NCBI GenBank assembly: GCA_035559535.1
Contig: DATMBG010000051.1
Coordinates: forward strand, 1 to 64,000
Source: Candidatus Limnocylindrales bacterium
GTDB taxonomy: Bacteria; Moduliflexota; Moduliflexia; Moduliflexales; JAUQPW01
Reading direction: 5' to 3'
DNA: 64,000 bases
Each line of letters begins with the position of its first letter. Positions within the stretch are counted from its first letter, which is position 1. The position numbers were made by a program, and so were the translations under genes. Below, piece by piece: positions 60,877 to 64,000 of this stretch. Under the pieces are notes generated by a model, which saw only the letters and a program-made list of their open reading frames with translations, did no database searches and was not told where the DNA came from.

Positions 60877-61518
60877 CGCTATCCCTTGTCTGTTATGGCA
60901 ATATTTCTGATCGGTATTTACGTAGCCTGTGAATTGATCGCAAATGTTACGGCAAGTAAGCCGGTAACCCTACATGGTATAGTCGTGCCGGCTGCAGTTT
61001 TCATCTATGCGCTTACCTTTACCCTGGTTGATCTCATCAATGAGGAATTAGGAAAGAAAGGGGCTCAACGGGTTGTCTATACGGCCTTCCTTGCCAATGT
61101 TCTTCTTGCACTTTACGTCCAGTTAACCATTGCGCTTCCACCGGCCGTGTTCTACAAAAATCAGGAAGCTTTTGAAAGTACCCTGGGCTCCACTCCCCGA
61201 ATTGTCATTGCCAGCCTGATAGCTTACCTGGTCAGTTCTCTGATTGACACAGAAGTTTTTGCCTGGTGGCGAGAACGGATCGGGAAATGGAAATGGGCTC
61301 GGGTTTTACTGAGTAATGGGGTATCTACCCTTGTGGATAGTATCACGTTCATCACGTTAGCCTTTGCGGGAACCGGACTTCCCCTGCTTGCCCTCATTCA
61401 AGGGCAATATATCGTAAAAATGACCATTACGGTCATCAGCATTCCTTTGATTTATCTGGTTAAAAGCAGAAGATGGGGGTCTGAGACAAAAGATTATGCT
61501 ACCGAATACCTGAGATAA
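60859..61518 (+). CDS. yhhQ: Queuosine precursor transporter (YhhQ/VUT family)
   Basis: ANVTASK, TFTLVDLINEELG, PRIVIASLIAYLVS..D, R..LSNGVSTLVDSITFITLAF; start uncertain. Confidence 0.88.
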   Translation: MVIRSYRYPLSVMAIFLIGIYVACELIANVTASKPVTLHGIVVPAAVFIYALTFTLVDLINEELGKKGAQRVVYTAFLANVLLALYVQLTIALPPAVFYKNQEAFESTLGSTPRIVIASLIAYLVSSLIDTEVFAWWRERIGKWKWARVLLSNGVSTLVDSITFITLAFAGTGLPLLALIQGQYIVKMTITVISIPLIYLVKSRRWGSETKDYATEYLR

Positions 61519-61595
61519 TCGTACCAACGTTATACCCGATAAGGAATTGGGGATTAGGAGTCGGGGATTTAAAATTCCCTAATTCCCAATTACAC

Positions 61596-61711
61596 TGAGG
61601 AGCGGCCTGTGAAACAGGTCGCCCCGCCGGGGGTTAACCTTCTTATCCTGGCGCGTATGCCGCCGACCTCTCTCCTGCAGCGTAGGCAAGGGGAGCCAGC
61701 AAATCTCCACA
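61596..61711 (+). ncRNA. Candidate structured RNA (four-way junction), family not recognised
   Basis: GC-rich intergenic block with four compatible stems folded by eye; see findings. Confidence 0.45.
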
Positions 61712-61780
61712 TCAACTCCCCAAGTGCCCCCTCTCCCGAAGTTTCGGGAGAGGGGCTGGGGGGGAGGGGAAAGGTAGTAA

Positions 61781-61808
61781 ATACGGGCGGAAGGCCTTCC
61801 GCCCCTAC
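61781..61808 (-). repeat. GTAG-type REP palindrome
   Basis: Minus strand gtaggggcggaaggccttccgcccgtat. Confidence 0.7.
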
Positions 61809-62042
61809 TGTAGGATGATGAACTTCAATTTAAAGGTTAAAGTAATTTGATCGGCCAAAAAATGTAAAACTCTAGAATTTGAAAAGAAGTCTTAAAACCT
61901 CGATATGGCGTAAGTTCATAGATTTCCTACCGTTTTTATCCTTGACAGATTTCCTCCAGTTGAAGTAACCTAATTTTAAAGGTTATCATAACCTAAAACT
62001 GACCGAGTATACCCATAAGATGGCCTTAGTTTTATTTAATAA

Positions 62043-64000
62043 ATGAACCCACGCATTATCACAGACCCAAACCTTTTTAACGGAAAGCCTTTTATTAAAG
62101 GAGCGGGTGTCCCCATTCATACCATTTTAGATCTCCTATCAACAGGTTCTTCTTTCAATGACATTATTGCCAAATACCCCAAACTGACGGAAGATGATAT
62201 CAGTGCAGCGGTGGAGTATGCCCTTTTAAAAACCCGGGACGAATTATTGAAACCTCCTGAACCTTCCGAACCCAAACCCTCTCCCTCCCCTCAACCCATA
62301 GGTCGCGGATTTCCTCGTATTCCTACCAGGCTGACACAACCCAAGGAACCGGCTGGGGGACAGGCATCGGAATCCCAGGTACCTCCCCATCGACCCATAA
62401 AATTCACGGACTCCCGACTTTCCGGACCACCAGAACCCAAACATCCCCCCCGACGACTGGTAGAACCCAGGCCTCCATCAAATCCGCCCCCGGGATCTGG
62501 ACCCATTTCGGCCTCTCCCAGAGGACCCGAGTTGAAAAGGCCTTCGGAGTTCGATTTTAGGGTCGATAGATCAGAAGATGAATGGGAACTTTCCTTTTGG
62601 GATAAATTCACCCGAACCCTGGATCGAATCAAAACCTTTCTGGTTCTGACCACCAAAATTATTCTAGCCGTTCTGATTTTAACTTTGTTTGGCTTTTTCG
62701 TTTACTATCTGGTTAATGGGGAGCCAAGTATAACGGTTTTACCTTTTGAGAGCGGTATGGGATTTGAGACCTCGGAAGCCATGGGTGAAAGCCTGGCCAA
62801 TCAACTGGTCGGTGAATTGGTGCGAATTCAAGATCTTCAAAAGTTCTCTAAGGAAGAAGAACACCCCCTGATACGGACTCTCTTAGAAGAGAAGCCAATT
62901 CTTCTACCTCCTGCTACAGAACCCCTTCGGGTTACCTTTAAAAAGGCCGAGTCTATTCGACTGGGTTCCTTCAAAATACCCCTTTATCCTGCCCTTTTAG
63001 AGGCTAAAAAGCTGTTGAATCAGGAAGATAAATTCCTCTCAGGAAGTATCCAGAAATTTGGATCCTCCTACTCCATTGTGGCGTCCTTAGGCAAGAAAAA
63101 ATTTTTTAATGTATCCGAAACAGATCTGGAAGTCTATCCCCCTGCGCCTGAAACCGAACGTCCTGATGAGAAGATTCAGAAGCTTATCCGAATTTTAGCC
63201 TATAAATTGGCCTCTGCCCACGTAAGTACTATACTCCCCTCTTCTACCGATGAGGGATGGAGAAGTTATTTTTACTTTTCAGAGGGCTTAGAAGCCTACC
63301 AAAAATTTCTTTCAAATCCCAAAACCCATGGAAAAGATTGGGAATTGGCCCTGGATAACTTTCAAAAGGCTCTGGCTTTCCACTATGCAAATCCTAAGAC
63401 CCACTTTAATCTGGGATTGGCCCATGAGATCGCTGTAGATCAGGAGATTTCAGAATCCAAATCTAAAACCGAGCATTTGAACAAAGCGGCTGAAGCTTAT
63501 CGAGAAGCTATTAAACTGAAACCCGACTTTCCGGAAGCTTATTACCAGCTTTCAACCCTTTACAGGGTCCAGAAGGATTATCCCCGGGCCATATGGAATC
63601 TTAATAAAGCCATTGAAATTAAAACGGCGATCCGGGATCAAAATCTGAATTCCTCGACAGGTAGCTCTGAATTTTCAGATAAGTTTTTATTCCCCCTTCT
63701 CCATTTAAAATTAGGAGAACTTTACCTTTTAACAGGCAAATACGGGGAGGCCAAAAATGTCTATCAAAGTCTGTTGTCTCTAGGAGAAAAGGTGTCAGAA
63801 CCCGGAAAATATGATCCCACGCAGAAGGAAGTGGAAACCCTGGCTCATTACGGGCTGGCGAAAGTTTACCAGGCCTCTGGGGATTTTAACGCTGCAGTCC
63901 GAGAATATAACGAGGTTTTAAAATCGGATCTTCAACCCTCTTTAAAGACCCTGGCCCATCGAAGTATCGGACAACTTTATACCGAGCAGGGTAAATATTC
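62043..64000 (+). CDS. DUF433 domain - Pro-rich linker - single TM - TPR protein; truncated by window end and absent from ORF track
   Basis: My translation: MNPRIITDPNLFNGKPFIKGAGVPIHTILDLLSTG..IIAKYPKLTEDDISAAVEYA, Pro-rich stretch, IILAVLILTLFGFFVYYLV, ITVLPFE, then TPRs such as HFNLGLAH and AIKLKPDFPEAYYQL; no stop seen in the part I translated. Confidence 0.85.
   Translation, partial: MNPRIITDPNLFNGKPFIKGAGVPIHTILDLLSTGSSFNDIIAKYPKLTEDDISAAVEYALLKTRDELLKPPEPSEPKPSPSPQPIGRGFPRIPTRLTQPKEPAGGQASESQVPPHRPIKFTDSRLSGPPEPKHPPRRLVEPRPPSNPPPGSGPISASPRGPELKRPSEFDFRVDRSEDEWELSFWDKFTRTLDRIKTFLVLTTKIILAVLILTLFGFFVYYLVNGEPSITVLPFESGMGFETSEAMGESLANQLVGELVRIQDLQKFSKEEEHPLIRTLLEEKPILLPPATEPLRVTFKKAESIRLGSFKIPLYPALLEAKKLLNQEDKFLSGSIQKFGSSYSIVASLGKKKFFNVSETDLEVYPPAPETERPDEKIQKLIRILAYKLASAHVSTILPSSTDEGWRSYFYFSEGLEAYQKFLSNPKTHGKDWELALDNFQKALAFHYANPKTHFNLGLAHEIAVDQEISESKSKTEHLNKAAEAYREAIKLKPDFPEAYYQLSTLYRVQKDYPRAIWNLNKAIEIKTAIRDQNLNSSTGSSEFSDKFLFPLLHLKLGELYLLTGKYGEAKNVYQSLLSLGEKVSEPGKYDPTQKEVETLAHYGLAKVYQASGDFNAAVREYNEVLKSDLQPSLKTLAHRSIGQLYTEQGKY

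Noticed and set aside
60775-60895. preQ1 riboswitch upstream of yhhQ
   Set aside because: No class I-III consensus recognised; the region is explained by REP fragments
61596-61711. Canonical tRNA, tRNA-Sec or SRP RNA
   Set aside because: Lacks a GTTCRA T-loop, D-loop GG context and SRP helix-8 motif; kept only as an unknown ncRNA candidate
62244-62656. Minus-strand ORFs of 66 and 121 aa
   Set aside because: Antisense shadows of the Pro-rich linker of the + strand gene starting at 62043

Overview
Bacterial chromosomal window of moderate GC with mostly housekeeping and accessory metabolic genes; lineage cannot be assigned from sequence alone. It encodes cell-wall enzymes (class A PBP end, MltD-like lytic transglycosylase), glyS, scpA, DNA/nucleotide repair enzymes (UdgB, three Nudix, EndoV, DUF790, stand-alone LigD polymerase domain), sugar-acid/isomerase-like enzymes, pncB, a PA2779/C39-peptidase/TPR module and a 7TM-DISM hybrid kinase. 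It also carries a large surface-glycan locus (SAM methyltransferase plus three GT-C-type membrane proteins facing a GT4, GT2-WcaJ fusion, ugd, uxs, epimerase operon), a molybdopterin oxidoreductase and a queuosine-precursor transporter. A DUF433-TM-TPR gene that is missing from the ORF track runs off the right end. I found no rRNA, canonical tRNA, CRISPR array or transposase. Intergenic DNA is dense with non-autonomous repeats: GTAG-REP palindromes, MITE-like elements (one with a clear 10-bp target duplication) and 7/8-mer hairpin repeats, some inside coding sequence. The best novelty candidates are a cloverleaf-like ncRNA just downstream of the queuosine-precursor transporter and the membrane-anchored DUF433 fusion. 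All family calls come from motif recognition by eye, not database searches.
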